A DNA stretch of 64,000 nt from Guillardia theta CCMP2712 (Eukaryota > Protista > Cryptophyta): the NCBI RefSeq assembly GCF_000315625.1, contig NW_005434637.1:1-64000 (forward strand), written 5' to 3'. Under the pieces are notes generated by a model. The model ran no database searches. It had not been told where the DNA came from and was given only the letters and a program-made list of their open reading frames with translations. Made by a program: the position numbers and the translations under genes. Positions 34,896-48,587 of this stretch are shown here, piece after piece (position 1 is the first letter of the stretch; every line of letters begins with the position of its first letter).

Positions 34896-37499
34896 ATGGC
34901 GGATAACACTCTCGTTGCGACTGTCCCGCAGCTCCTCCTCATCCTCCTCCACCTCCAACAGACGTCGACCAGAAGAATGGACGGGAGAGAACATGGAGGC
35001 TCGCAGCTTGCAGATGAACTATACCTGCAAGCCCGAAACATGGAGATCGAAGATGATTGGATATCTGCGTTTCGATGCTACACGCTTGCAAGCCGGCTCC
35101 TTCCATCAGATTTGAGGACACTGAATGCGATGAAAAGAATGAAGAATCGATGGAAAGGCAGCGTTCTTGTTCAGTATTTGGGGAACAACTTCACCCTCCC
35201 AGTATTCAGCCCCACGAAGAAATATCAGTCAACTCCCACAGAGATGGGAAGCGCAGACTCTATGGTGATGTTTGTGCTTTCCTCTGCCATCTCCTGCTCT
35301 AACAACGAAGAAACTTAGACAAGAATCTTTTTTCAATGGAAGAGGATTCCGATTTTCTCAAACGATTCTGAAAGATGCGCTGCACACATAGGGAGGAATG
35401 ACAGTTCGGTGTTCACAGTACTGGGTCAGACATGTCTTTCACCACGGTATGCCGACACTCACAATGCTGTGCATGTGAGAACAGTACATGGATGTTTTGA
35501 ACTTGTCTCAACCTCCTCACAGGCGATTTTGAACGGAGAGAGTCAGGTGGATTACAACGCTTTCATTCCTTTTAAATCTGCTGTTCATTCTGGAGTTGAA
35601 TGTGGGACCTCAAGCAAGCGCATGAGAGAGTTGATCGGGAGGAATGCTCATCCGCCGTCAATTTGTACAGGTTGTGGATCTGTGTCATTGTTTCCAAAAC
35701 TTGCAGCCATAACACCAGTTGTAGTGAAGATATCGGGATCAAACAATCAGGTGCCGTTGTACACGTGAGACTTGAAGGTATCTTTCGTTGAAGCTGAATC
35801 ATGCATCAGGAATGACACACGTGAGAAAGTACTCGAACGTCTGCAATCTTCTTTCACGTACGTGCATTCAAATAAGTAAGCAACGTTCTGACTTCAGAGT
35901 GGCAGAAACAAGCTAAGGGCCGAAGAAATCCTGCGAAACGATGTCCTCAGAGTTCTGCTCGAAAGGAGGCGGCATTACTTGCGTACATCTTTTCTTCTTG
36001 AGTTGAAATCCATGATCGAGGGTGCAGGGAACCTTTCTCCATACTTTGAGAAAGCTCAAGTATGTATGAAAGATCAGCTACACTATTTCACCCTGAAGTT
36101 TTCGTGTTTGCACAGGCTCTCGGGGATGACATGTTTGCCAAGGTTGTTGATCACGTGAAATGTAGATCTCACTCGTGCATTGTGTAAGTATTTCTGCGAG
36201 GTATCCATTTGAGTCATGACTTGTTGCAGGCAACACGAGCAGATAGTAGGACAAGATACGGTCGACATTTCTATCCCGTCAAGCAAGATCCCGGCTAAAG
36301 ATCGTGAGAGAAGCTGGAACGTGCGCGAGAATGACGTGTCATTGGACGACGTGGATGAAGAGGCAAAGCTTGCTCAGAAATATCTCAGGGACATGCAGCA
36401 TCCAGCGAATTGCTCTTCGAGAAACGCGTTGGTCTTCCACCATGATCGAGCTTACTGGGGATTCGCTGCAAACGTGCATTTCATGACGGTTGCGTTCAAC
36501 TTCGCGCTTGCAAACAACAGAACATTCTTAACGAGGCACCCAGACCACTGGAACTATGGCGGAAGGGACTGTAAGCATGGTTGGGAATGTTACTTCCAGC
36601 CTGTCTCGTGCTGCAGCGAGAAGGATGTTTGGGAGCCTTACACCAACTTTGTGCGAGCTGACTTCCGCTGGGATCATCGAGGCTATCTCTACCGCGTGGA
36701 CACACAACAGGAGCGAGTTCTGCACTATGCCAACGTGGATGGGCCATGGCAGGAAGCGATCGGCAACTCGCGAGCCCCCGACGGGACAGTCGTGCGGAAC
36801 TGGATCCCCGAGCCTTTCAGGCATCGAGGGCTCTTGTGGTGGCGAGCGCAGCTAACACGTTATCTCTTCCGCCCAAAGCAGTTTGTGCTGAGTTTCATCC
36901 GAGAAAGAGTCAAGGCAGTTGTCCCCCTGACAGTCCGCGAGCAGCCATGCAGTGTCGGGCTGCATGTTCGCCGAGGCGACAAGGCCTACGACGAGTACCA
37001 GGGCTGCTACTTTGGAAGCATTGACGTCTACCTGCAGAAGGCGAAGAAGCTTTGTCCCAGCGTAAAGCATATCTACGTGAGCACAGACGACCCGTCGGTC
37101 ATTGACGGGCTTCCGGGCATGGCCCACCAACATCAGGTATCCCTGCTGCACGATCCGCTCGAAGCAAGATACAACGGTAGCCACATCTTCGCTCCCCCCG
37201 GTGTCTCTCTCGCGCGATGGCCAGCCTTCCCAGGTGCTCACTGCTTGTGTCTCCTGCGTCTGACTAACGAGAGAGCAGGGAACGACCCGCTGGTGAACAC
37301 GAGCATGTACGCGCTAGAGACGATCAAGAGTATCTGGATGCTAACCTTCGTCTTCTCCGACTTCGTGGGGTCGGTAACCTCGTCCATGTCGCGGCTCGTC
37401 TACCAGCTGCGCGTGGCCTTCGGGAAGGAGCAGCTGCAGGACGAGTGGACGGTGGACAAGGACGCGCGGCATGAGGCAGGATGGTTTGCCGACCCTTGA
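34896..37499 (+). CDS. Alpha-1,6-fucosyltransferase-like glycosyltransferase (GT23) with long N-terminal region, spliced
   Basis: Hydrophobic N-terminus; GWECYFQPVS, GLHVRRGDK, IYVSTDDP, FVGSVTSSMSRLVYQLR motifs. Confidence 0.8.
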
Positions 37500-37588
37500 A
37501 GGGACTACTACGACAATCACGAGCAGCAAATGAAGAGATCGAGGAGGAATGGTGATATGCGAACGAAATAAACTAATTTCAATCATCT

Positions 37589-40080
37589 TTACAACGGAGC
37601 TACGTTGAGAAGCTCGACATCTGCAAACTTCTCCTGAGCAGCTGAGTGAGTGGAGGAGGCAGGGAAAGGAGGAGAGGTGAATGCGGCAAGACCTGGAAGT
37701 TGTCGACTGCCCACTGATTCTTGAAGAGAATTACCTATACAACTGTCACCCGCACGACCACATGGAGGAACAAGATTGCACCGGTCGCTCCTGTGCGTCC
37801 TTGAAGATTTGCGCGTTGAACAAGACTCCCTGTCACACGTCAACGGGCTTCAAAAGGCAGCTCAAGAAAACCTTCAGCTTGTCGGCGACCGGCCAACCTC
37901 CCTTGACCCATCGAGCAACCCTGAGAGAAAGTAAGCTACCTCTATCGCACGTGCAGCATCAGGCGACTGGAAGGGAAGAGGTTCGTAGCGCGTCTCGACG
38001 CCGTACTCAGTGAGCATGCGGCTCTCGACAACTTCGAACTGGAGCTGACCGACAGCAGCGAGCACAGGGTCGATCTCAAAGTCACTCAGGGAGTAGAGCA
38101 CCTTGCTCTCAGTGAGAAGACGTCACAAGACTTCATCGTGCTAGCACCTGCACGGCTCCCTCCTCCCTCAACTGGTCGATGCCCTTCTTGAAGTTTTTTT
38201 GCTTGCTTGGGTTCCTGACGTGACGTCAGCGACGGCGATGAGCCAAAGAGCTCGCACGGGTTTCTGATCCAGTTGAAGAACTCAGGCGAGAAGCTTGGAA
38301 TCCCCTGAAGAGGAAGAAATCACACGATGGAAGAAGAGGGGGTGCGGGTCTCTGACATACCTCGTACTGGATTTTCTTTCCTGTCGTGATAGTGTCGCCG
38401 ATGGCGAAGGCGCCAGGGTTGACAAAGCCGATTCTGAAGACGTTCAGGGGAGGAGAGAGAAAGGAAGGAGTCACATGTCTCCGGCGTATGCTGACTCGAT
38501 AGTTTCTCGGCGCTGAGCAAAGAGCTTCGAAGGAGCTGAGAGACGAACCGTCTTGCCCGTGCGTGTGTGCAGAACCTGTTGTCATGAGGTGTGACATGGC
38601 GGGTCTTTCCAGGACACAAGAACCTGCATGTCCTTCTCGAATTTGCCGGAGCAAACGCGCACAAATGCGATCCTATCACGATGCTTGGGATCCATGTTTG
38701 CCTGCCTTAATTCTCAACCGCCTCCAGATTCTCCTCCTCACTTCACCTGCAGCTTGAACACGAAGCCGCTGAACTCGGAGGAGTCAGGAGGGATCACCCC
38801 GTCAGTGCTCGCGCGTCCTCTGAATGCTATGTGAGTTGTGCTTGGGTGTCATCGACCAAGAGCAGCACCTCGGGCCTTGGCTCAGCTCCATGAATGACTC
38901 CAGGAAGTTCTGAATACCGAAGTTGTTGTATCCTGACCCGAACCAGACTGGAGACTGTGGTTGACTATCACAAGGTGCAACGAAGGAAACAGCAAGGCAA
39001 GAGATGAAATTCACCTGCTTCTGATCGAGAACTTTGTTGATATCCAAAGGCTCTGCAATCTCGTCCAAGATCTCCAGTTCCTGTCGCACGGGAAGGATCA
39101 GGTCAACGCAGAGGAGGAAGGTGCGTCCTGACCTCCCTGAGATTGTCCAAAAGCTCCTCGGGGATCAGCCCGCTGAGCTTGGGGTCGTTCAAGTCGTCGA
39201 TTTGCACCTGAAGGGGTCAGAGGCATTGAAGGGCGACGGGTCAAGGAACCTCAGACGCCTTCTTTCCTCCTCCGCTTACTCGCTCGAACAGGTAAATCTT
39301 CTTCTTCTGTCTGTCATACACGCCCTGAAAGCGATCGCCAGAACCAATTGGCCAGGTCATGGGGCAGGGAACGACTCCCAGGGTCTTCTCGATGGTATCG
39401 AGGAGCTCGAGGGGCTCGAGGGAGGGACGGTCCATCTTGTTGATGAAGGTGAAGAGAGGAAGCTTCCTCAGCTTGACCACGTCGAAGAGCTTCAGCGTCT
39501 GCGCCTCGAGGCCCTTGGCACCGTCAAGAAGCATGACAGCGTTGTCAGCAGCTGCTATCGTCCTGTAAGTGTCCTCCGAGAAGTCTTCGTGCCCTGGAGT
39601 ATCGAGAAGGTTCATCTGCATCCCCTTGTACTCAAACTGAAGGGCTGTGGACGAGATGGAGATTCCTCTCTCTTGCTCGATCTTCATCCAGTCTGAAGTT
39701 GCTCTCCTGCGCTCTCCCTTGGCCTTTACAGCTCCTGCTTCTTGGACTGCACCTCCATAGAGCAGCAGCTTCTCAGTGAGCGTGGTCTTACCCGCGTCTG
39801 GATGTGAGATGATCGCAAAAGTCCTGCAGAAAAGCATGTAAGTATCGCGCGAGGATTTGATCAGTGCTGCCCAACCTCCTCCTGCGGATCTCGGAGGTGA
39901 GGTCAGCATCTGATGCTGCTGCTGCTGCTGTTCCTGAGAGAGTAAGGGAAGTGAGAAAGGAGGAGCTTAGCCGTCTTGATTGCATTTGAGACTTGATGGG
40001 CAGACACGACAAATGAGCTCCCTGAGAAAGCCTGAGAGAACCTGACGGGACTACTAAACTGAAGCTCTGGACCTGCAAAA
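37589..40080 (-). CDS. prfC: Bacterial-type peptide chain release factor 3, organelle (probably plastid) targeted, spliced
   Basis: [70 protein letters not shown]; Ser-rich N-terminal presequence. First exon not resolved. Confidence 0.92.
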
Positions 40081-40936
40081 TTCCTGAAAAGCATAGATGT
40101 CATTGAAGAAACAAAGAAAGCGACCAAGCTCTTGCTCGAAAGTCTTCCTCGAAGAGTTTGAGGCTTAAACGTTTTAGTCCGTAACACCCTCACAACATTT
40201 ATTGCGTTTATCAGACCTCTTTTCAACCCTTCTCAAGCATATTCAACTCTTCTCAACAGCCATTTTCAACAAAAAGTCGCATGTCCAGGCAACATTTGTC
40301 ACTATCTCAGGTCCGCAACCAACATGACAACAACAGCTGCTCTCACACTAGGTAGCGCGTGATTCAAAAGATCTCTTCAACAACCAAGCATACATCAATG
40401 ACTATTCGCAACAACAAACAACACACGACAGTACAAGCACCAAACCACAATCAACCAGCATCGTTGCGTCATCTCAACAGCAAACAAGTCACATCACGGC
40501 CGCATCTCAACAGAAGGTACATTGCATCGCCATGCTCGCGCCCTTTTCTTCTCACCCCCCCCTTCCTCTCACCTGCGACCAGCACGAGGACCCTCCATCT
40601 CATGGCCTCCACCATCAGCCCGACAAGACAAAGCACTGGATTTATGTCCCGGTGTTGCCTGTGCTTTATAAATCGTCTCCAAACTTGTAGTCAGGCTGCT
40701 CCGAACTCGCAACGTGGCCCATGTTTGAGAAGTTTTATAAAATGAAAACAAGTAGAAAGCTATGAATATTGAAATCGCTTGCAAATCGGGAGGGTGTGGA
40801 ATGGATTGGCGGCAGAGAGTGAGACGGTTTAGGGACTTCCCGATGATCCACCATGGCCCCCGTTGGTCACAAATGAGGAGCCGATCAAGCAGATTAAAAT
40901 GGATGCAGCAATGCAGGGCCTTCTCCACTCCTTGTC

Positions 40937-42082
40937 TCACTGATCATCCCCAGTCGGTGTTGCAATCTGCAGCGCGGTCAGAAACAGGCCAGACAACAAA
41001 AACAAGAGGCGGTTTACTTGGTTGGGATTGACGGAGTGGCTGCCATCGGGAGGGTTCTCTTGGCTGGCATGCTCTTCCTTGATCTGAGGGCCCTGGTGGT
41101 GCGCTAGAGCATTCACAATGTCCATCTTCTTGCTCCTGTCTGCAATCTGCACCGGCGTCTGACCTCCCTTGTTCTTGATCGTCTTGTCTGCTCCCTTGTC
41201 TAGCAGCAGGTTCACCATCTTCACGTGTCCTTCCTTCACAGCCCGATGCAGAGGAGCCTCTCCGTCTGCATTCTGCGCATTCACGTTGGCTCCATGACGA
41301 ATCAGAATGATAGCACAGTCCACATGCCCGCCACCGGCTGCGAACAAGAGAGGAGTATTGCCGCGTGCAGTCTTGGCGTCCACAGGAGCGTGGTGCTGGA
41401 TCAGCGCATTCACCACATCCACATGGCCCTGAACTTTCACTGCGGCATGCAACGCAGTCAGCCCGATGTGATCAGTCGGGTCCTGTGCTGCTCCAGCCTT
41501 GTCACCGTCCTTGACTGTCGTCAGCTCATGGCACATGGAGCACTCGTACGTGTTGGCGCGGTTCGGCGTGTGGGCAGCCATCTTCAAGCAGAAGCTGCAC
41601 TGCACATAGACAGAGTTCTGAGGCTCTGGAACTGCATGCTCCACCTTTGCGCCGCCGGAAATGAGCACTCTGCAAACTTCTGAGAATCCTCCTCCGGCTG
41701 CAACAGTGAGGGGAGGGAAGACGGCAATGTGAAGGTTGCAGTCGTTCTTTCTCTGGACGTACTTGATAAGAGAATTCACGTCGTTTGCTTGGATGGCTTG
41801 TACGAGCGCCTCAGCCTTCCAGCATAGCCTTGCACACTTGCGGCAAACGCGCACAGGAGACAAATACTCAAACTTGGGTAGAGGCCAGGTCTCTGCGGCG
41901 CAATATCTGCAGAATACATGGCCGCACATTCGGCAATGATGCTTGCGGATGATAAAGGAGAAGACAAACCCGCAAGACTTGCATTGAGTGACCGTTGTGT
42001 CGTCAACCCACTCGGGACCCGACGGCGATATCTTACCCACCTTCTTCGATCCACCAGTCGTGCAAACACGTTGGCACATCAT
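40937..42082 (-). CDS. FYVE zinc finger plus ankyrin repeat protein
   Basis: WVDD..CKSC..RKHHCRMCGHVFC..RVC, followed by several TALH/TPLL/APLH ankyrin repeats. The extreme 3' end is probably spliced. Confidence 0.9.
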   Translation of the reverse strand: MMCQRVCTTGGSKKVGKISPSGPEWVDDTTVTQCKSCGFVFSFIIRKHHCRMCGHVFCRYCAAETWPLPKFEYLSPVRVCRKCARLCWKAEALVQAIQANDVNSLIKYVQRKNDCNLHIAVFPPLTVAAGGGFSEVCRVLISGGAKVEHAVPEPQNSVYVQCSFCLKMAAHTPNRANTYECSMCHELTTVKDGDKAGAAQDPTDHIGLTALHAAVKVQGHVDVVNALIQHHAPVDAKTARGNTPLLFAAGGGHVDCAIILIRHGANVNAQNADGEAPLHRAVKEGHVKMVNLLLDKGADKTIKNKGGQTPVQIADRSKKMDIVNALAHHQGPQIKEEHASQENPPDGSHSVNPNQVNRLLFLLSGLFLTALQIATPTGDDQ

Positions 42083-43067
42083 CTTGTCCTACAACCTACA
42101 ACAAGAAGACGAGCACAACTAACTTAGAGAGGAGTCAGCTTCTTGCTTGTCTCTCTGTGTGGTTTTTTTTGTCTCTTTTTTCCTTTTTTCCGATGACGAA
42201 GCACCGCGACGAGGCTCCTAGAGGGGTCCTAGGGTGGTTGTACCGAACTGATATGGAGGCCCTAGGATTATACGGAGGGGTTACAAATGTGATCACCTTT
42301 CTCAGCAGTGGGTAGGGGTGGTGGCAAGATAAGATCTGGGTCCTATCCAACCTATGAGCTTGAAGCTAGGACCGAAAAGCCAAAGCACCCACTACCCCAG
42401 TGACCTGGTAGCTATTACACCACCCCTACCAATGATAGTTCTAACCACCCCCTGTGAGAAAAATGTTCATAACGATAGAGAAACCGACAGAAAGAAAAAA
42501 CGTGCCGGCATGGCGGATCCGAAGGATGCGGCAGGGCAGACGGGCAGCATGCGGCATTGCAGACGGGCAGCATAAGAACGACTTGCTATGTTGAGGAACC
42601 GAGATCAATATGTGCTGCCAAGGGGAGGGGCAGGAGCGTGTAGTGTGCATGAGGGCGAGGAGTGATGCGTGAATCCGAAGGATGACGTATTGCTGAGTGG
42701 GGCGAGAGACGATGGCGTAAGATTGCGATGGATGCATTCACAGTGGGGATTCTCGATAGAACTTGTGTATGTGCGAAAATGATTGAGTCGAGAGAAGGAT
42801 AGATGTTAGGGTTATGAACGAGAACTGTGTATTGCTTCGAAGGTTGCTGGATGAGAACAATGGAACTTGCATGAAGAATGTGTTTGTCTGGCGAGCTTTT
42901 TGTTTTTTTAGATAAATTGATTGGATGTAGGGATATTTAATGATTTTCAACAGAAATAGCTTCAGATGTATGAGGAATGCCTTTCTGATGAATTGATTCA
43001 GAAATATTTCTGAAATCTTTGTCCTGAATCGAATGCTTTGTGCAGACTTCTCATTTTCATTCTACAG

Positions 43068-43550
43068 ATGATGGATAAGAAGCGAAAAAAGCAACAGGAG
43101 AAGAGAGCAAGGCAGAAATATTATTACTATGCTTCACTCGCTGCTGCCTGCGGTATCGTCGCATGGATGGTGATGGTAGCCTTCACCGACGACGTGAAGC
43201 CCAAGAGAGCTCGGCAGCCTCCCAACAGAATGCCCGTTCCTCCTTCCGCCAACGAACCGCCAGGTCCTGATGTGAAGGCAAGAATCACAGTGAAGGCCTC
43301 GGACAACAATGCACAAGTGTTCCTTGACATCAAGCATGGGCTGGAAGACATGACTGGAATCGAAGCTGACGTAGACACTTTTATGATGAGTCATGGAGTT
43401 CCAGCGGAGTACAAAGAGCAACTTGTCCAGGCAGCAGTTCAGAGTCTGAGACAACAAGCTGGAGAGGGCGGCGGAATGCCAGACATGCAGTCATCCACGG
43501 CAGAGGACGACGAGGTGAGTCATGCTGTAGAGGTACATCATCTTTCGTGA
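43068..43550 (+). CDS. Hypothetical single-pass membrane protein (main exon)
   Basis: Basic stretch followed by the hydrophobic segment YYYASLAAACGIVAWMVMVAF. An upstream exon may lie near 42509. Confidence 0.55.
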   Translation: MMDKKRKKQQEKRARQKYYYYASLAAACGIVAWMVMVAFTDDVKPKRARQPPNRMPVPPSANEPPGPDVKARITVKASDNNAQVFLDIKHGLEDMTGIEADVDTFMMSHGVPAEYKEQLVQAAVQSLRQQAGEGGGMPDMQSSTAEDDEVSHAVEVHHLS

Positions 43551-43849
43551 AGTGATTGCGGCAGGAATGGGCAGACAAGCATCTAGACAATGACGATGAC
43601 GATGGAGGATCTGAAAACGACGAGAATTAAGTGCTTGAGAGTTCTTTCCGACCTTTCTGCTGAGAGGCTCCACGATATGACAGATAGCGGCGAGATTGGC
43701 TCCTTCGATGCCTTCTCGAGCTGAAAGGCGGATTTTGAAAGGTTCCAATCAACTTTGAATTTCTACTGGGATTCTCAAAACTTTTAGTGACTCGAAACAT
43801 AATACATGTGATATTATTTTTTTCTTTTTGCCTATTTGCAAATCCTCAG

Positions 43850-46800
43850 CAAAGAGTCAGGAGTGTACAAACATCCATTTCTCTTGAGATATTCTCCTGC
43901 CAAGTGCATCAGTTTCGACCGCTATTTCACCAAGACAATATTCACCTCCGCATTTCTTGGTAGTTCTCAATCTGTTCCTCGTCATCCAACACAATCTTGG
44001 ACAAGTTGGGCAAGTTTGCCATCTTTGAAAAAATGAGTCTGAAGAGTTTCAATACATGCTCACCTCAACATTGAGTCTTCGCACCCTTGTGCCATTGATC
44101 CACAGCTCTTTCAGCCCCCACCTGAAAATGCAAGGGTGAGCATCGCCCGATTGGCAAGCCTTCTCCACAACATGAACTTCATCGAGTCGTTGAGCCTCCT
44201 GATCTTGGTGTTGTTGACGTAAAACTTCTCAAGTTTGGAGCAAACAGCTGAGCACAACCATCATCGACAAGTCGGTCAACTTCCTGAGTCACCGATGTCG
44301 TTGTCAATATATTTGAGTGGGTTGTGATCAAGAGCGAGGACTCTCAGGTTCGTCATCCCACAATCTGATCCCCTGGTGAAAAGAGCTTCTGGAACTTCTT
44401 CGAAAGCGTTGTAGCTGCAAGCATCAGCAGGTGAGTGCTCCTCCTCCTCCTCCTCCCCCTCCTCCTGGTCAATACCTCAAACGAAGAACTTGGAGGGAGC
44501 CCAACACCCGCATGCTCAGAGGCAAGCAGTTGAGAATCTTTCCATCTCCCTGAGAACGATCTTTATCATGCCTTGCCATTCAGTAGCGACCAACCTGACG
44601 ACTGAAGTCGCAGGAAACGATGTTTCTCAACCTTCCTACTCGAATGTCAGCATGAGGAAAGAAAGGGGCGAGGAGAAAAGCAAGAGGATCCAAAAAGGCA
44701 AGAGATTTTTACGTACCAACTTCTGAAGGAACGTCGGCCAGCAAGTTCGTCGAGAGCTGCAAATCTCTGCCAACGAGTCAGTCAAGTGCGAGGGGGTGGT
44801 GGAAACCAGAAGAGTGCATCTCCGAGTCAACTCACTTGAGCTGGGTCATGAAGGCGATGCTGCGCGGCAAACGAGCGACAAGGTTGTTGTTGAGTTTGAG
44901 TTGAGTGATATTCGACAGCCTCCCGATCTCTTTCAAGCAGATCAAACATGATGGCCAGGGATCGGACCTTACCGCTAGGGAGCGTTTCAATTTTACAGCT
45001 GCTAAGATCGAGAAGCTCAAGTCTTTCAAGGTATGAGCCTGGTCTGGGTCAGTACATGCTTGACAACAATTGAAGCCTGACCGACATCATCGTCATCTTC
45101 GGCTTCGGCTTGCTGTCCTGTCAACACGTACTTGACCTGCGAGGAAACAGGCTTAGACAGCTCAAATCGCATCTCCTCTCTGCTTTCTGCTCTGGTTCTC
45201 TACTTTTGATTGCCTGTCTGTAGAGAGTCATAAGGCTCGATGCAGTTGGGACCGCACGTTTGTAGTTCTCCTTGCCCTTGTTCGCGTCTTCCTTCTTGTC
45301 CGGGGTTTCTTTCTGACTCTGTTTCTTTGCCTCCTCCTGCAACAAATTTGACAAGCAGACTCCAGCTGAAATTCCCACCTCCTTCTCGTTGGTAGGCGTC
45401 GGAGGTTTCTGGTGTCACGAGTCAGTCGCACTGGTCAAAGGCAAGCGACAAGCGACCTTGTTGAACAGAGGCAAGCGACCAGCAGCGACATCCGCTGCTG
45501 CTGCCTCTACCTTCTGACGAAACCGCCTTGAAACAAGTCATGAGAAGCTTGAGTAAATCGGAGAAACGCAAAGAATTGGAGCTGTTAGTGAGGAGGAAGG
45601 CAGCGAGTGTGAGGGTCAAGAGAAGCAAACGAGAGTTACATGACAAACCCCGCGCGCTGGGGAGCTGCGGCCTCCTGCTCTTCTCCTCTACCCTCCTCCT
45701 CCTCCAAGTGCTTGTTTGCAGACTCAAGTCGCGCAAAGACAGCGTCGTCGGCAGCGTCAAAGTCATGACCCTCATCGCTCTGCTTGGCTGTCTTGCCAGA
45801 AATTGATGGACCCTGAAATCAAATAGGAGGAGGGACATGAAGGGGAAGGAAAGGAGAAGTAGAAAAGAGAGGAGGGAACGAAAGAAGGAGCACAGAGACG
45901 AGGAGGAGAACAAGGAGGAAGAGGAGGAGGGAGAGGAGGACGAGGAGGACGATTGAGAAGACAAGTCAGTGGATTATCCTGCCACATGTACAAGACCCTC
46001 ACGTTCTCGCCGAAGATTGCGAATCGCACCAAGTCCCATCCATGCCTGTTGGGTCAACCCTCACTATTTCGTGCGAGCGACTGCAGAGCTTCACCTCTCT
46101 CCTGCTCCTGCTGGACGTCGAGAGCTCGCGGCGAGGGTCGGATCTCGCTCGAGGATGCGATGGGAGATTCTTTCACCACCCCTCAGAACACGACGAATTT
46201 GTCTCTTTCTTGCTTCCAACCCACCTCCTCCTGCACCAGATCCTGTTGAAAGTGATGTCAAATTCAATCTTCGGCTCAGCTTGCCTGTCACCATCATACT
46301 GCTGGGAAGACGAATCACCGCTGAAGCGAAGTCTGGTGATGTCGGAATGAACTGCCTTAAGCTCCTTGTTGTTGGAGAGATTCAAGATCTGAGAGAACAG
46401 CATGTTAGGTGCTTGCGAATGCAACAGATCTGAACCTTGAGAGACACGAGAGACATGAAGAAGGAGGGGAGGGCGACAAGTTTGTTGTTTGAGACGTCAA
46501 GGTGCGTCAGATCTCCAAGGTTTGTCATAAAGTCTGGAATCTCTGAGATTCTGCAGCAAGCAGATACGTCGGTAGAAAGCAAAGCACAGCATCACAAACT
46601 TGTTGCTTGTCAAACGAAGTTCGCGGAGCTGTAATAGCTCGCCAACAACCTGACAATCTTGTCAACTCACGCTCATGGTAGGGTGATCGCTGTCAGACCG
46701 AAGGGATTTGAATGAATCGGTTGTTCTCGAGAAGAAGCTCCTGCAGCATGACATTCTTTCTCATCTGAGCTGGCAGAGCTTGCAGTCGGTTGCTCGCAAT

Positions 46801-48478
46801 GTCCAGCACCTTGACTGCTATCAGACAAGGGAGCAAGACAACCATGGTTCTACTTCAAGGTTCGACATGCCCCCGATGCCGGGAGGGAGCATGGAGAGCT
46901 GGTTGTACTGGAGGTCGAGGGTGACAAGGAGGGAGAGGATCTCGATCTCGACGGGCAGCTCCAGCAGGCTGTTGCCTTCTAACGAGAGCCGAGTTAGGCT
47001 CTTCCATGTGTCTCGCTCCCACATCTCCGTGTAGCTTCCGATGGGCATGGGGACGAGCTTCAAGCCCTGCCTGTATGAGCAGAGTCAGCAGAAGATAATC
47101 ATGCGGAAGGAGAAGCAAAGCTGAGGAGGAAGGAAAGGGAAAGGAAAGGGAGAGGATTGTATGGAGGAGGTAGAAGAAGATACGCAGAACCTTGAGAGAT
47201 CTAGATCCCATGACGACTGAGAGAGGGAGAGACTCTTGAGGAAGTTCTGCACTGCCTTCACCCCTGCTCGCGTTACCTCCACGGGAGGACGAAGCAGAGG
47301 GTTCTCGTCGAGTCGTATGATCTTGAGAGGAGTGAAGGCAAGCGAGGGAGGAAGAGTGACCAGCTGATTGCGCTGGAGAAAAAGCTCACTAAGCGATGGA
47401 GCTTGACCGACAGAGAGGTGAAGCATCGTCAGGCTGGAAACATGAATGTCAGAAACATGAATGTCTCATTTGATCCCTCACTTGTTGTGATTTAACGCCA
47501 GTTTGACGAGGCATGACAGTCTCGACGCATCAAATCCGACCACTTGCAGTTTGTTGCTGTCAGCCTTGAGAACCTTGAGACTGGCAAGTTTAGACAAGGA
47601 AGAAGGCAATCTTGCGATGCGGTTTTGAGATAGAATCAGTTTTTCGAGCAGACAGCAGTCTCCGATCTCCAAGGGCAACCTGAGTATCATGTTTCTCTGA
47701 AGGTTCAATCCGACAAGGCAGGAGAGATTCCCGATGCTGCGAGCAACAGACGCTATGGCGTTGTCAGACGCTCTGATCTCTCTTAGCATTGTCAAACTTC
47801 CGATCGCATGCGGCAACTGTGTCTGTCCTCAGCGAGCTCTGAAGCAGAAACATCATCTACCTCAGCGATGGAATTTGAGTCCACTCTCAGTTTCTGCAGC
47901 AGGCGCAAGCTTGCGAGGCAGCTGGGAAATTCTTGGAGCTGACGAGGAGGAGGTCAGCAGCGGCTCATTCCGCGCCTCGCTCACCATGTTGTCATTCAGC
48001 GACGCAACTCGAGCGTTGATGTACTCCGGGCCCACCCCCGTGAGCTCCCGCAGCCCTCGCCCGGAGAGGTCTAGCAGGCGATGGCCGTCAGGAGCTTCTT
48101 CGAGCGCACGTATGGCATCGTCTGGGTGCTGGGGGAGGAAAGGAGCTGCAGGCTCCTGAAAGTCACCGTCAGGTCCTCAGCAAGCATCAAGACGCGAGCG
48201 GATGCCTCCCAGCGAATCTCTCCTGTCGCAATGTAGTCGCCCTCGCGGTAGAGGGACATGTAGCTGTCAAGCTGTCAGCCTTCCTCCTCCTCCTCCTCCT
48301 CCTCCTCTTGCTCCTCCTCCCACCCTCCCCCCTCCCCCCTCCTCCTCCTCCTCCTCCTCCTCCTCCTCTTGCTCCTCCTCCCCCCTCCCCCCTCCCCCCT
48401 CCTCCTCCTCCTCCTCCTCCTCCTCGCTCACTCATCCTGATGCCTTGACTTCTGCACTGCACGACGAATTGCGTGCAT
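43850..48478 (-). CDS. Leucine-rich repeat protein, multi-exon
   Basis: Many LxxLxLxxNxLxxLP repeats, e.g. LVGLNLQRNMILRLP, LTRLSLEGNSLLELP, LTHLDVSNNKLVALP. Ends approximate. Confidence 0.8.
48279..48424. repeat. (CCT)n-rich tract, probably intronic
   Basis: Read directly from the sequence. Confidence 0.85.
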
Positions 48479-48587
48479 GCTTCGCCTCCTGCCCGCCCTC
48501 ACTGCATCGCAAGCCGTTGAAAAGAGCTGTCAAAGTTGTCAAGATGGTCATCTCTTCTTTTTTTTTTGTTAATTTTCAGCCTGTGAG

